Below are positions 8,196 to 18,290 of a stretch of 64,000 nucleotides of DNA, one piece after another (position 1 is the first letter of the stretch; the number at the start of each line of letters is the position of its first letter). The DNA comes from Actinomycetota bacterium (lineage in GTDB: Bacteria; Actinomycetota; Actinomycetes; S36-B12), in NCBI GenBank assembly GCA_009699015.1, contig WLOY01000002.1, positions 334 to 64,333 of the forward strand, read 5' to 3'. Under the pieces are notes generated by a model, which saw nothing but the letters and a program-made list of their open reading frames with translations, searched no databases and was not told the origin of the DNA. The position numbers were made by a program, and so were the translations under genes.

Positions 8196-8869
8196 TCGGT
8201 AGCGGTGGTGAACGGCAGGGTCTGCGATGACATGTGCTCCTGCCCGGCCGTCGCGGCCGTTCGTCTCGCCCGGTAGTGACGCCGGCACAGCACCTCGTAG
8301 GCCACGGCGCTCGACACGGCCGTTGCGCCGGTATCCCCCACCAACACCTGATCACCCTCCACGACCATCGACCCTGCGACGGTGCGAGCGTTGTGCGTTG
8401 CTCGGGCCCCGCACCAGCACAGTGCCTCGACCTGCAGCACCTGCACTCGGTCGGACAGTTCGACCAGCCGGCCCGATCCGGGGAACAGCCTGGTCCTGAA
8501 GTCGGTCATGATCCCGAACGCGTAGACATCGATGCGGAGGTCGTCGACAACCGCCGCGAGCTGCTCCACCTGCTCGGCGGAGTAGAACTGCGCCTCATCG
8601 CAGATGAGATAGTCGAGTGCGCCTCCTGCGGACAGCCTGTCGACGACGAACTGCCGGAAGTCGAGCTTGTCGGTCACCTCGATCGCGGGCACTTCAAGGC
8701 CGAGGCGGCTGGACAGGACCGAGTCCCCCGCGCGGTCGAGCCGGGTGAAGACGATCCCACGGCGACCCCGTGACGAGTGGTTATGGTCGGTCTGCAGCGC
8801 GAGTGTGGACTTTCCGCAGTCCATCGTCCCGGCGTAGAAGACAAGCTCCGCCACGCCCCCTCCTCCCAT
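8192..8869 (-). CDS. tdk: Thymidine kinase
   Basis: P-loop GTMDCGKST, the CDEAQF motif and the C-terminal zinc cysteines (C.C...CRRHY) are present. Confidence 0.9.
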   Translation of the reverse strand: MGGGGVAELVFYAGTMDCGKSTLALQTDHNHSSRGRRGIVFTRLDRAGDSVLSSRLGLEVPAIEVTDKLDFRQFVVDRLSAGGALDYLICDEAQFYSAEQVEQLAAVVDDLRIDVYAFGIMTDFRTRLFPGSGRLVELSDRVQVLQVEALCWCGARATHNARTVAGSMVVEGDQVLVGDTGATAVSSAVAYEVLCRRHYRARRTAATAGQEHMSSQTLPFTTATD

Positions 8870-8875
8870 GCCGGT

Positions 8876-9979
8876 TCAGCCCGGTGCCTCACCGCGGAAC
8901 ATCACCGCAGGTATCTGCCACTCGGCGGCCGTGAGAGCGCCATGCTGGCCGATGAGCGACGATACGCGGGTGTCCCGACGGCTCGTCATCGAGGTGCTCC
9001 CCTGTGCCACCGCGACCACATCGCCGATCCGCTCGGCGAGTGCATCGTCCGTCGGTCCGTAGAGACCTTCGGCCACGATCTCGTCCCTCGTGAAGACGCG
9101 CGCATGCTCACCGAGGCGGGCCGCCCAACGCGCTGCGACATCGCCCACATGCATGGGCCGCGCGTAGACATGACGCACGCGAGGCTCGCCCGCGATCGTC
9201 AGGACGTCCGCGACGAGATCGGGATGGGATTCGATGGCGATCCGGCTCGAGGGCGGGCAGTTCACCATTCCGTGATCCGCCGTGACGAGCATGGCGCAGT
9301 CGCGCGGCAGGATGGACTGAAGGCCGGCAACGAGGTCGTCCGCGCGGCGCACTGCCTCGTGCCACGCCTTGCTGCCCACTCCGCTCGCGTGGCCGACACG
9401 ATCGACCTCGGCCCAGTACACGTAGGTGAGCGTGCGACCCGTCCCGCTCGTCGCCGACTGAAGCGCCTGAACGCGCTGGGGGATGTCCTCGGCCGGCCGG
9501 TACTGCGCTCCTCGCAGGACGGCGCGCGTGAGCCCGGACTCGCCGTACGCGACCGGCCCGATACTCGAGACCGCGACACCCTGGCGTCCGACGACCTCGA
9601 AGATCGTCGGTTCGGGCTGCACCGCGATCGGGGACGTGGCGGCATCCCAGTGGAGTGGCGAAAGCACCTGCTCGGTCTCCGGCAGGAAGAACGAAGCGCC
9701 GACGAGGCCGTGCGCGCCGGGAAGGAGCCCGGTTCCCATCGACCCGAGCGCGGACGGGGTCGTGGTCGGAAAGACAGAGTCGATCGAACGACCGGGTGCC
9801 GCTGTCAGCGTCGGGGCATGCTCGCCATGCTCCTGGAGCAGTCGCCAGCCGAGTCCGTCGAGCAGGCAGATGACTGCGTGCTGGACGTCTCCGAAGCCGA
9901 GGGTGTCCGTGAAGCCGCGGACGCCCAGGCCAGCGGCCGCCGAGCCCAAGACGTCAACGAGTCCTGCCTGATGGGTCAT
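8876..9979 (-). CDS. Alkaline phosphatase superfamily / nucleotide pyrophosphatase-phosphodiesterase (NPP) family protein
   Basis: Internal start MTHQAGLVDV of track ORF 8876..10165. The metal and nucleophile region motifs LLDGLGW, FPTTTPSALGS, DRVGH and TADHGM are present. Confidence 0.8.
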   Translation of the reverse strand: MTHQAGLVDVLGSAAAGLGVRGFTDTLGFGDVQHAVICLLDGLGWRLLQEHGEHAPTLTAAPGRSIDSVFPTTTPSALGSMGTGLLPGAHGLVGASFFLPETEQVLSPLHWDAATSPIAVQPEPTIFEVVGRQGVAVSSIGPVAYGESGLTRAVLRGAQYRPAEDIPQRVQALQSATSGTGRTLTYVYWAEVDRVGHASGVGSKAWHEAVRRADDLVAGLQSILPRDCAMLVTADHGMVNCPPSSRIAIESHPDLVADVLTIAGEPRVRHVYARPMHVGDVAARWAARLGEHARVFTRDEIVAEGLYGPTDDALAERIGDVVAVAQGSTSMTSRRDTRVSSLIGQHGALTAAEWQIPAVMFRGEAPG

Positions 9980-9999
9980 GCTCCGGGACTGACGTGCCG

Positions 10000-10578
10000 C
10001 TAGCGCAGTCGCGCTGCGGTTGCCTGCGAGAGTGCCGACGCGAATGCAAGGGCCTGGCCCACGACTTCGGCCCCGTCGGCGACCTCCGAGACGCGCACCG
10101 ACAGGTCGTCGTTGCTCGAGGTCCCGGTGTAGCCGTGGTCTGCGTCGCACTGGGGGTCGCCGCACGTAGCCGGTTCAAGATCGATCCGGCTCACCGCGCC
10201 CCAGCCGATCGTGATGACCACCTCGGCGGTCCGGCCGCCGGGCTCGTGCTTCGCGGGATCGCTCACCACACGGGTCACGACGACCGAGTCGACGCGTTCG
10301 AGCCGGACAGCCTCGGTGGAGGCGGTCGCGAAGGGGACGGGCGTTGTCTCGTCGATCCCGTGCTCGTCGGTGTGGCCGACGATGAGGCGGGTCGGCGTGA
10401 GGGCAAGGACGGTGACATGCCGGCGGAGCTCATCATGGTCGAAGGTCGCCTCATGATGGACGAGGTAGGACTTGAGCGGCTCGCCAGCCAAGGACGTGTT
10501 CAGTGCATCGGCAACCAGGTCCGGGTAGTACCCACTTCGCTGAATGTCGCCACGCAACTGCTCGTCAAGCTCTGCCAT
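10000..10578 (-). CDS. DUF5998 family protein
   Basis: MAELDEQLRGDIQRSGYYPDLVADAL...HHEATFDHDELRRHVTVLALTPTRLIVGHTDEH matches the family that I recall invariably sits upstream of this NPP gene in Actinomycetota. Confidence 0.75.
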   Translation of the reverse strand: MAELDEQLRGDIQRSGYYPDLVADALNTSLAGEPLKSYLVHHEATFDHDELRRHVTVLALTPTRLIVGHTDEHGIDETTPVPFATASTEAVRLERVDSVVVTRVVSDPAKHEPGGRTAEVVITIGWGAVSRIDLEPATCGDPQCDADHGYTGTSSNDDLSVRVSEVADGAEVVGQALAFASALSQATAARLR

Positions 10579-10692
10579 GCGCCCATCCTGTCACCTGCAC
10601 CGGCGGGGGCACCGCCTACCATCGCCCAATCTCGCCCGGGCAGGGGTCCCTCCTCGTCCCGCGCTCCGTTCCCAGCGATTACGGTGGGGCCT

Positions 10693-11610
10693 GTGACCCA
10701 ATTCATCCGAGTCGCCGACGAGGTCGCCACCGCCCTTGCGGAGTCCAGGCCCGTCGTCGCGCTCGAGTCAACGATCATCAGCCACGGCCTGCCCAGGCCG
10801 GAGAACCTGCGCGTCGCCATCGAGGTCGAGGACATCGTCCGGGCCGGCGGTGCCGTGCCAGCCACCATCGCGATGCTCTCCGGCGTCGTCCACGTCGGCC
10901 TGTCGCCAGACCTGCTCGAGCAGGTCGCCAATCGCGACGACGTCGTAAAGGTGTCGGTCCGCGACATCGCAACCGTGGCGGCTCGAGGCGGCAACGGCGC
11001 GACCACCGTCGCAGCGACAAGCCAGATCGCGGCCCGGGTGGGCATCGAGGTGTTCGCCACCGGCGGCCTCGGAGGCGTCCATCGCGAAGCCCGCGAGAGC
11101 TGGGACGAGTCCGCCGACCTCACGACCATGGGCACGACGCCCATGACGATCATCTGCGCCGGCGTGAAGTCCATCCTCGATGTCGGCGCCACCCTCGAGC
11201 GCCTCGAGACCTTGAACGTCGGAGTGCTCGGCTACGGGACGAACGTCTTCCCGGGCTTCTACCTGAGCGACAGCGGCCACCTGGTCGACTGGGCGGTGTC
11301 GACCCCGGACGAGGTCGCCGCGATCATGCACGCGCGTCGAGAGTTCGGCATCGAGTCTGCCCTCGTCGTCGCGTATCCCCTCGCCGAGTCCGATCAGCTC
11401 GACCCCGACCTGCACGACCGGGTACTGCACGAGGGGCTGCGGCTCGCGTCCGCCAGAAACATCGTCGGCAAGGGCGTCACGCCCTTCCTCCTCGATCATT
11501 TCCACCGGGCCACCCACGGCGCGAGCCTCATCGCCAATGAGCGCATCATCGTCCACAACGCCGACCTCGCCGCGCAGATCGCCGTCGCTCGGAGCGCACG
11601 CTCCGCATGA
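10693..11610 (+). CDS. psuG: Pseudouridine-5'-phosphate glycosidase
   Basis: ALESTIISHGLPRP, VFATGGLGGVHR and GVKSILD motifs are present. The start is GTG 10693 (or 10684) inside track ORF 9994..11610, whose 5' part is antisense shadow of DUF5998. Confidence 0.9.
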   Translation: MTQFIRVADEVATALAESRPVVALESTIISHGLPRPENLRVAIEVEDIVRAGGAVPATIAMLSGVVHVGLSPDLLEQVANRDDVVKVSVRDIATVAARGGNGATTVAATSQIAARVGIEVFATGGLGGVHREARESWDESADLTTMGTTPMTIICAGVKSILDVGATLERLETLNVGVLGYGTNVFPGFYLSDSGHLVDWAVSTPDEVAAIMHARREFGIESALVVAYPLAESDQLDPDLHDRVLHEGLRLASARNIVGKGVTPFLLDHFHRATHGASLIANERIIVHNADLAAQIAVARSARSA

Positions 11611-12506
11611 CCGCGCGGTTCTTCCTCCTCGGCGACGTGATGGTCGACGTCACGGCGATCGTGGGCGAGCCGATCAACTACGCGAGCGACACCCCCGCCA
11701 AGGTGAGCATCCAGCCCGGCGGCGCAGCGGCCAACACTGCCCGCTGGCTCGCCCATGACGGACAGGACGCCACCCTCATCGGGGCCATCGGCAACGATCC
11801 GTTCGGAGCCCTCGTTAAGGCGGATCTCGAAGCGGTCAGGGTGAGCAGTGCGCTGGCGACGCTCGAGGGATCGCCCACCGGAGCCTGCATCATCATCGTC
11901 GATGAGCGAGGCGAGCGCACGATGCTGCCGGACCCCGGCGCAAACGCCCGACTCACCGTCGAAGACCTGCCCATCTCGTCCTTTCGGGTCGGCGACCACC
12001 TGCACCTGTCCGGGTACACCCTCCTGAACGCTGCCACCCGTGCCGTCGGGATGAGCGCCCTTCACCGGGCACGCGAGGCAGGCATGACCACCAGCCTCGA
12101 CCCGGCATCGGCCGCCCCGCTCTCGCATGATCCCGCAGTACTCGACCCCGCACTCCTCGTCATCGACCTGCTCATCGCGAATGACGCAGAGGCATCGATC
12201 CTCACCGGAATCACCGACCCCGACCTCGCGCTAGCCTCACTCGCCGGACGGGTGCCCACCGTCGTCGTCAAGCGCGGGCATCTCGGCTCGATCGCCCAGC
12301 GCGCCGGGGTCCGGAGCCAGACCGATGCCGTCCCCGTCACGGTCGTCGACACCACCGGCGCCGGCGACGCCTTCGCCGCGGGGTTCCTACCGCCCTGGAT
12401 TCTCGGACTGGACCTCGCACAGTGCCTCGGACGGGCATCGCTGTCCGCCGCGCGTGCGGTGGCCCGTGTCGGAGCAGGGCCCGGCTCCGCGTCCCCGGGA
12501 CAATAG
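11607..12506 (+). CDS. PfkB-family carbohydrate/nucleoside kinase (probable pseudouridine kinase)
   Basis: PGGAAAN and the C-terminal DTTGAGDAF motif are present. The start overlaps the psuG stop by 4 nt (11607-11610). Confidence 0.8.
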   Translation: MTARFFLLGDVMVDVTAIVGEPINYASDTPAKVSIQPGGAAANTARWLAHDGQDATLIGAIGNDPFGALVKADLEAVRVSSALATLEGSPTGACIIIVDERGERTMLPDPGANARLTVEDLPISSFRVGDHLHLSGYTLLNAATRAVGMSALHRAREAGMTTSLDPASAAPLSHDPAVLDPALLVIDLLIANDAEASILTGITDPDLALASLAGRVPTVVVKRGHLGSIAQRAGVRSQTDAVPVTVVDTTGAGDAFAAGFLPPWILGLDLAQCLGRASLSAARAVARVGAGPGSASPGQ

Positions 12507-12533
12507 GCCCACCACCCCCACGGAAGGACCATC

Positions 12534-14987
12534 ATGGCCAGGCGCTCCTCGCGGACCGCATCAGCGTCGCCCGGCGACGGCAGGATCGTCGATATCGACG
12601 TCTCAGACGAGATGCGATCCTCGTTCCTCGAGTACGCCTACTCGGTGATCTACGCGCGAGCGCTTCCCGATGCACGCGATGGACTCAAGCCGGTGCAGCG
12701 CCGGATCCTGTTCCAGATGGCGCAGATGGGCCTGCGTCCAGACCGCGGGCACGTGAAGAGCGCCCGCGTCGTGGGCGAGGTGATGGGCCGGCTCCACCCG
12801 CATGGCGACACCGCGATCTACGACGCCCTCGTGCGCATGGCGCAGTCCTTCTCCCTGCGCCTGCCCATGGTCGATGGCCACGGCAACTTCGGCTCGCCCG
12901 ACGACGGCCCGGCGGCGATGCGCTACACCGAGGCCCGGCTCGCCGCCGCCGCCCTCAGCATGACCGCAAGCCTCGATGAGGACGTCGTCGACTTCAACCC
13001 GAACTACGACGGCCGCGAGACCGAGCCCGCCGTCCTCCCCGCAGCGATCCCCAACCTGCTTGTCAACGGCGCCGCAGGCATCGCCGTCGGCATGGCCACC
13101 AATCTCGTCCCGCACAACCTCGGCGAGGTCATCGGCGCAGCACGTCACCTCGTGAGGCACCCGGACGCCTCGCTCGCTGACGTCATGCGCTTCATCCCGG
13201 GGCCGGACCTCCCCGGCGGCGGAGTCATCATCGGCCTCGACGGAGTTCGCGACGCCTACGAGACCGGCCGCGGCACCTTCAAGGTCCGGGCGCGAACCCG
13301 GGTCGAGCAGGTCAGCCCCCGCCGCAGGGGCATCGTCGTGACCGAACTGCCGATGAGCGTCGGTCCCGAGAAGGTCACCGAGCGCATCAAGGACCTCGTG
13401 CTGAGCAAGAAGCTCCAGGGCATCGCCGACGTCATCGATCTCACCGACGGCGACTCAGGGCTCAACCTCGTCATCGAGGTGAAGAACGGGTTCCATCCGG
13501 AGGCGGTCCTGGAGTCGCTGTTCAAGCTGACCCCCCTCGAGGACCAGGTGAATATCAACGCTGTCGCCCTAGTCGACGGCCAGCCGCAGACCCTCGGCAT
13601 CCTCCAGATGCTCCACGTGTTCCTCGGCCACCGGTTCGACGTCGTCCGGCGCCGCAGCACCTTCAGGCGCCAGAAGGCCATGGATCGGCTGCACCTCGTC
13701 GAGGGCCTCCTCATCGCCATCCTCGACATCGACGAGGTGATCCAGGTCATCCGCGAGTCCGATGATGCCCCCGCGGCCAAGGACCGTCTCATGACGATCT
13801 TCGACCTCAGCGACGCGCAGGCCAACTACATCCTCGACATGCCGCTTCGGCGCCTGACGAAGTTCTCCCGGCTCGAGCTCGAGAAGGAGTCCGACGTCCT
13901 CAAGCGCGAGATCGAGGAGCTCACCGCGATCCTCGACGACGACGGCATCCTGCGCAATGTCGTCTCCGACGAGCTCGCCGCCGTCGCCCAGCAGCACGCG
14001 ACGCCGCGTCGCACCCTCCTGCTCGAGGGCAATGCGGCTCCGGTGAGCGCCGCCGTCCCCCTCGAGGTGCACGACGAGCCCTGCGTCGTCCTCATGTCGA
14101 GCACCGGGCTCCTCGCCCGCTGCTCCGATTCCGCCTTCGATCCGCTGGCGGAGGTCGCCCGCGCAGCGCACGACGTGATCGTGAGCTCAGCGCCCGCCAC
14201 CACGAGGGGCGAGATCGGCCTCGTCACGACAGCGGGGCGAGTGCTGCGACTGTCGGTCCTCGACCTGCCGTCGATGCCCTCCGTCATGGGAATTCCGGCT
14301 CTTTCTGCCGGGGCCCCCATCGGCGCCTTCCTCGACCTGCCCGGCGATGAGCAGGTCCTGTGCCTCACCACCCTTGACGAAACCGGCGGCATCGCGCTCG
14401 CCACGGCGGGCGGGACCGTGAAGCGCGTGGTCGCCGACAGCCTCGGCAACAAGGACAGCTGGGAGATAGTCCGGCTCGACGAAGGCGACCGCGTCGTCGG
14501 CGCCGCCCGACTCGATGACATCGCCGCGAAGTCCGCCGAGCTCATCCTCGTCACCTCCGACGCGCAACTGCTCCGCTTCCCGGCGGCGTCCGTGCGACCG
14601 CAGGGCCGCGCCGCCCAGGGGATGGCGGGGATCAAGCTGAATCCCGGAGCCCGAGTAGTGTTCTTCGGCGCCTTCACCCCATCCGCTGACGCCATCGTCC
14701 TGACACTGTCCGGGTCCTCCTCCACCCTGCCCGGCATCGACGGCGGGAGCGTGAAGATCACGCCGCTCGCCGAGTACCCGGCCAAGGGCCGCGCAACCGG
14801 CGGGGTGCGATGCCATCGCTTCCGGTCGGGCGAGGACCTCATCACCCTCGCCTGGGTCGGCAATGGGCCGATCCGCGCGGCCAGCACCTCGGGTGTGCCT
14901 GCCGATCTCCCATCCGAGCCCGGCAAGAGGGACGCCGCGGGCATCCCCCTCACCAGCCCGGTGAGCTCGGTGGGCGGCCGACTGTGA
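12534..14987 (+). CDS. parC: DNA topoisomerase IV subunit A (GyrA/ParC family)
   Basis: [30 protein letters not shown] and the catalytic-Tyr context [10 protein letters not shown] are present. It is not adjacent to a gyrB-type partner and lies in the sigA-proximal locus typical of actinobacterial topo IV. Confidence 0.85.
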   Translation: MARRSSRTASASPGDGRIVDIDVSDEMRSSFLEYAYSVIYARALPDARDGLKPVQRRILFQMAQMGLRPDRGHVKSARVVGEVMGRLHPHGDTAIYDALVRMAQSFSLRLPMVDGHGNFGSPDDGPAAMRYTEARLAAAALSMTASLDEDVVDFNPNYDGRETEPAVLPAAIPNLLVNGAAGIAVGMATNLVPHNLGEVIGAARHLVRHPDASLADVMRFIPGPDLPGGGVIIGLDGVRDAYETGRGTFKVRARTRVEQVSPRRRGIVVTELPMSVGPEKVTERIKDLVLSKKLQGIADVIDLTDGDSGLNLVIEVKNGFHPEAVLESLFKLTPLEDQVNINAVALVDGQPQTLGILQMLHVFLGHRFDVVRRRSTFRRQKAMDRLHLVEGLLIAILDIDEVIQVIRESDDAPAAKDRLMTIFDLSDAQANYILDMPLRRLTKFSRLELEKESDVLKREIEELTAILDDDGILRNVVSDELAAVAQQHATPRRTLLLEGNAAPVSAAVPLEVHDEPCVVLMSSTGLLARCSDSAFDPLAEVARAAHDVIVSSAPATTRGEIGLVTTAGRVLRLSVLDLPSMPSVMGIPALSAGAPIGAFLDLPGDEQVLCLTTLDETGGIALATAGGTVKRVVADSLGNKDSWEIVRLDEGDRVVGAARLDDIAAKSAELILVTSDAQLLRFPAASVRPQGRAAQGMAGIKLNPGARVVFFGAFTPSADAIVLTLSGSSSTLPGIDGGSVKITPLAEYPAKGRATGGVRCHRFRSGEDLITLAWVGNGPIRAASTSGVPADLPSEPGKRDAAGIPLTSPVSSVGGRL

Positions 14988-16006
14988 GCCTGAGCTGCTC
15001 AGCCGGCTCGCTCGCCGCGGCGGAGCCGATGGCCGGCACCGCTCCCCTGGCCCATTCGTGGATCATCATCGAGCAGCCCGGTCCGTGGGGCCGCCAGGCG
15101 CTCACCGACAGTCGACTCGACCCGGAACTCGGGGCAGCACTGAAGGCGGCCTCCGCGGAGTCGGGAACCACCGTCCTCCTCGCCCGGCATCCGGACCGGC
15201 TCGAGAGGGACCTGCAGGGAGCCGATCCGCAAGGAGGCGATCTGCACGCGCGTGAGCCACTCGACCGCACCGATGGCGCGGTCCGCAACATCTGGGTCGC
15301 CCACACTGCGCCAGGCGACACCCGCATGCGCCACGGGGTTACCGGCGACCTGTCCCAGATCGGCTCCTGGGACTTGTCCGCGATCGCCCGGGGCAGCCTG
15401 CCGCCATTCGGCGTGTCCGTGAAGGACTCCATCCTGTTCATCTGCACCCACAGCGGGCGCGACCAGTGCTGCGCCGTGCACGGCCGCGCGCTGCTGGGGG
15501 CCGCTCTCGGCCGGCTCCCAGGTCATGAGCGGGCCACAGTCTGGGAGGTGAGCCATATCGGCGGCCATCGGTTCGCACCCACCGCCCTCAGCCTGCCCTC
15601 GGGCGCCGTCTACGGCCGGCTCGGCATCGACGATGTCCTTCGCATTCGCGAGGACGATGCCCGGCGCATCGTCTCCACCCTCAACTACCGCGGCCGGTCT
15701 TCCTTCCCCCAGCCGCTGCAGCTCGCCGAGATCGCCGTCCGAGACATCGCCGGCGTCCTTGATCGCGACGTCCTCGACGTGCTGCTCGTCCGCGATGGCC
15801 GGGCAATACCCGTCAAGCCGGGTGGGTCGCTGCCGGACACCACGGCCCTGCAGCTTGAAGTCCGCCACGTCGACGGGCGCGCGTGGCAGGTGACCGTGCG
15901 CCGCGAGGCCCTCGCCACCCGGCGTGCAGAGTCCTGCGGGGGCGAGGAGCTCGACGCCCTCGTCTGGCGCACCGCAGGGGTCAGCCAGGCGACCCGCTGG
16001 GCCTAG
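14984..16006 (+). CDS. Sucrase/ferredoxin-like (thioredoxin-like [2Fe-2S]) family protein
   Basis: [11 protein letters not shown] and the [14 protein letters not shown] cysteine cluster are present. The GTG start at 14984 overlaps the parC stop (GTGA). Confidence 0.7.
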   Translation: MSLSCSAGSLAAAEPMAGTAPLAHSWIIIEQPGPWGRQALTDSRLDPELGAALKAASAESGTTVLLARHPDRLERDLQGADPQGGDLHAREPLDRTDGAVRNIWVAHTAPGDTRMRHGVTGDLSQIGSWDLSAIARGSLPPFGVSVKDSILFICTHSGRDQCCAVHGRALLGAALGRLPGHERATVWEVSHIGGHRFAPTALSLPSGAVYGRLGIDDVLRIREDDARRIVSTLNYRGRSSFPQPLQLAEIAVRDIAGVLDRDVLDVLLVRDGRAIPVKPGGSLPDTTALQLEVRHVDGRAWQVTVRREALATRRAESCGGEELDALVWRTAGVSQATRWA

Positions 16007-17364
16007 TCCGCTGAGGCCGCCAGCAGTGCACCGGTCTCATGAATGGTGGTCCTGGCCCGCCCCGCCGTTGCGCCGAGGGCTCGCTCCGCCGCATCGATCG
16101 ACCTCCACCCAGCGGTCGACACGGCAGCGATGCCGCGGCTTGCCAGGAGGTCGTCGAACTCACGTGCGCTACCCGCACTCGCGCTCGGCAGGGCTCCTGA
16201 CTCGGCGTCGGCCATGAGGGATGCGACGGTCGCGTTCGCGTCCTTCTTGTTCGTCCCGATGATGCCGGTCGGCCCGCGCTTGATCCACCCCGCCACGTAT
16301 TCGCCCGGAACCGCCTTCCCGTCCCGCTCGACCCTGCCCTCGGCATTGGGGATGACACCGCGCTTCGCGTCGAAGGGCACGTCATCGAGGCCGGTGCCCC
16401 GGTATCCGACGCTTCGAACAACGAAGTCGGCGGCGATGATCGTGAGCTCGCCCGTGCCGGTGACTCCCCCGGACCCGTCGAGCGCCGTCCGCTCGACGAC
16501 CACCTCGCGCACGCGATCGTCGCCGCGCAATTCGACCGGACGCGCGAGGAAGTGCACATGCACCCGGCGGCTGCGTCCGGCCGGCACCCTGGTCGACCAC
16601 TCCTTGATCACCTCGACGTTCCTCGCGATGGCCTTGTCCGTCCTGATCACCTCGTCGCTCGCCGCGTCGAACGCAAGGTCCGCCGGATCAACGATGACGT
16701 CGGCATCGAGGAGCTCGCCGAGCTCGCGCAGTTCCTTCGTCGTGAAGGTTGCCTGCGCCGGGCCGCGTCGGCCGAGGAGGTGGATGTCCGTGATGCGCGA
16801 GGTCCCGAGGGTGTCGAGCACGTGCTGCGGCATGTCGGTGTCGTCGAGCTCAGCGACCGTCTTGGCGAGGACTCTCGTGACGTCGATCGCGACATTGCCG
16901 ACCCCGACAACCGCCACCGAGGTGCTCGACGGGATGAGCCGTTCGAAGGTCGCCCTGTCCGCATCCGGGTGCCCGCAGTACCAGGCGACGAAATCCGTTG
17001 CGGCGACGCTGCCATCGAGGTCCTCGCCCTCGATCTCCAGCCGGCGATCGCGTGATGCGCCGTAGGTGAGGATGACGCCGTCGAAGTAGTCATGGAGCTC
17101 GGCGAGGGAGATGTCGCGGCCCACCTCGACGTTGCCGATGAAGCGCACGCCCGGCTTGTCGAGCACCTTGTCGAGGGTATCGCGCACCGAACGGATGCTC
17201 AGGTGGTCCGGCGCGACGCCGTAGCGCACGAGCCCGAACGGCACTGGAAGCCGGTCGATGACATCGACCGACACCTCGACATCGGACTGGCTCGCCAGGG
17301 CGTCTGCCGCATACATTCCTGATGGTCCCGAGCCGATAACCGCGATGCGCAGCGGACGTGTCAT
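16003..17364 (-). CDS. fprA: NADPH-ferredoxin reductase, FprA/adrenodoxin-reductase type
   Basis: IAVIGSGPSGMYAA, GVAPDH, VVGVGNVAIDV and GWIKRGPTGIIGTNKKDA closely match the recalled mycobacterial FprA. Confidence 0.85.
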   Translation of the reverse strand: MTRPLRIAVIGSGPSGMYAADALASQSDVEVSVDVIDRLPVPFGLVRYGVAPDHLSIRSVRDTLDKVLDKPGVRFIGNVEVGRDISLAELHDYFDGVILTYGASRDRRLEIEGEDLDGSVAATDFVAWYCGHPDADRATFERLIPSSTSVAVVGVGNVAIDVTRVLAKTVAELDDTDMPQHVLDTLGTSRITDIHLLGRRGPAQATFTTKELRELGELLDADVIVDPADLAFDAASDEVIRTDKAIARNVEVIKEWSTRVPAGRSRRVHVHFLARPVELRGDDRVREVVVERTALDGSGGVTGTGELTIIAADFVVRSVGYRGTGLDDVPFDAKRGVIPNAEGRVERDGKAVPGEYVAGWIKRGPTGIIGTNKKDANATVASLMADAESGALPSASAGSAREFDDLLASRGIAAVSTAGWRSIDAAERALGATAGRARTTIHETGALLAASAD

Positions 17365-17509
17365 TCGTCACTCCTCGTGTCGTGATTGAAGCAGTCGTCG
17401 TTCAGGTGGAATACCGCGTAAATGTAGTGCCCCGCTCATCTGCCGCAGTTGCGAGGTGCGCAGGTTCACTCGATCGCTACCCTCCACGCACGTCAATGAG
17501 GGAGGGCTC

Positions 17510-17686
17510 CTGCCGTGCGTCCAGATCACGATGCTCGAGGGCCGAACCATCGGGCTGAAGCACGACCTCATCAAGGGGCTCACCGATGCAACGGCCGAGG
17601 CACTCGGCGGGGACCGGCGGGGACCCGGCGCGGATCAGGGTCGGGTTGGTGGTGAGTGGTGCGTGGTGCGTTGGATGGTCGAGCGG
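17510..17686 (+). pseudogene. 4-oxalocrotonate tautomerase family remnant (frameshifted, no ATG/GTG before Pro-1)
   Basis: PCVQITMLEGRTIGLKHDLIKGLTDATAEALGG is a clear 4-OT N-terminal half. The codon before Pro is CTG, preceded by GAGGGAGG. A 10-bp tandem duplication CGGCGGGGAC (17605-17614 and 17615-17624) shifts the frame. The restored frame reads DPARIRVGLVVSGAWCVGW but has no nearby stop. Confidence 0.4.
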
Positions 17687-18223
17687 TCACGCGTCGACGG
17701 GGCGGATTGCCCCGGTGTGGACGTCGAAAATGACGCCGCCGACGACGAGCCCTGGCGGGAGGAGCGGGTGCGAGCGGATCCGGACGAGGTCGGTGCGCAG
17801 TGCCGCCTCCTGATCATCGACCGTGCGGAACTCGACGCTGCGGGTGTCGATGCCATGCTCCGCGAGGATGGCCGCGTGGATCTGCGATTCGGAGCCGCCG
17901 GCCATGCGGCAGTTCGTGTGCGGCATGACGAGAACCCGCGTGACCCCCAGGAGGTAGGTGGCCAGGATCAGCGTTCGCAGCATGTCGTCGGTCACCCGTG
18001 CGCCTGCGTTCCGCAGGATCTTCACGTCGCCCGGCTTCTTGCCGAGGACTCCGAGCGGGTCGATCCGCGAGTCCATGCAAGTGATGACGGCCAGACCGGA
18101 AGCGGCGGTTCCCGTGAGTCCCTCGTCAGCGAAGGACTTCACGTACTCGTCATTCGAGGTAAGCACGTCCTCGAACTCGTCCCTGGGAAACACTCCAAGT
18201 TCGTTCACGTTGAATATCGGCAT
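17687..18223 (-). CDS. Beta-class carbonic anhydrase
   Basis: CMDSR and the HTNC zinc-ligand motifs are present in a 178-aa protein. Confidence 0.85.
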   Translation of the reverse strand: MPIFNVNELGVFPRDEFEDVLTSNDEYVKSFADEGLTGTAASGLAVITCMDSRIDPLGVLGKKPGDVKILRNAGARVTDDMLRTLILATYLLGVTRVLVMPHTNCRMAGGSESQIHAAILAEHGIDTRSVEFRTVDDQEAALRTDLVRIRSHPLLPPGLVVGGVIFDVHTGAIRPVDA

Positions 18224-18290
18224 TGATGAAGGCTAGCGGGAGGCCATCGCGGTCGCGATTGGGCCCGTTCGTGGCATTGGCGAGGATTCG

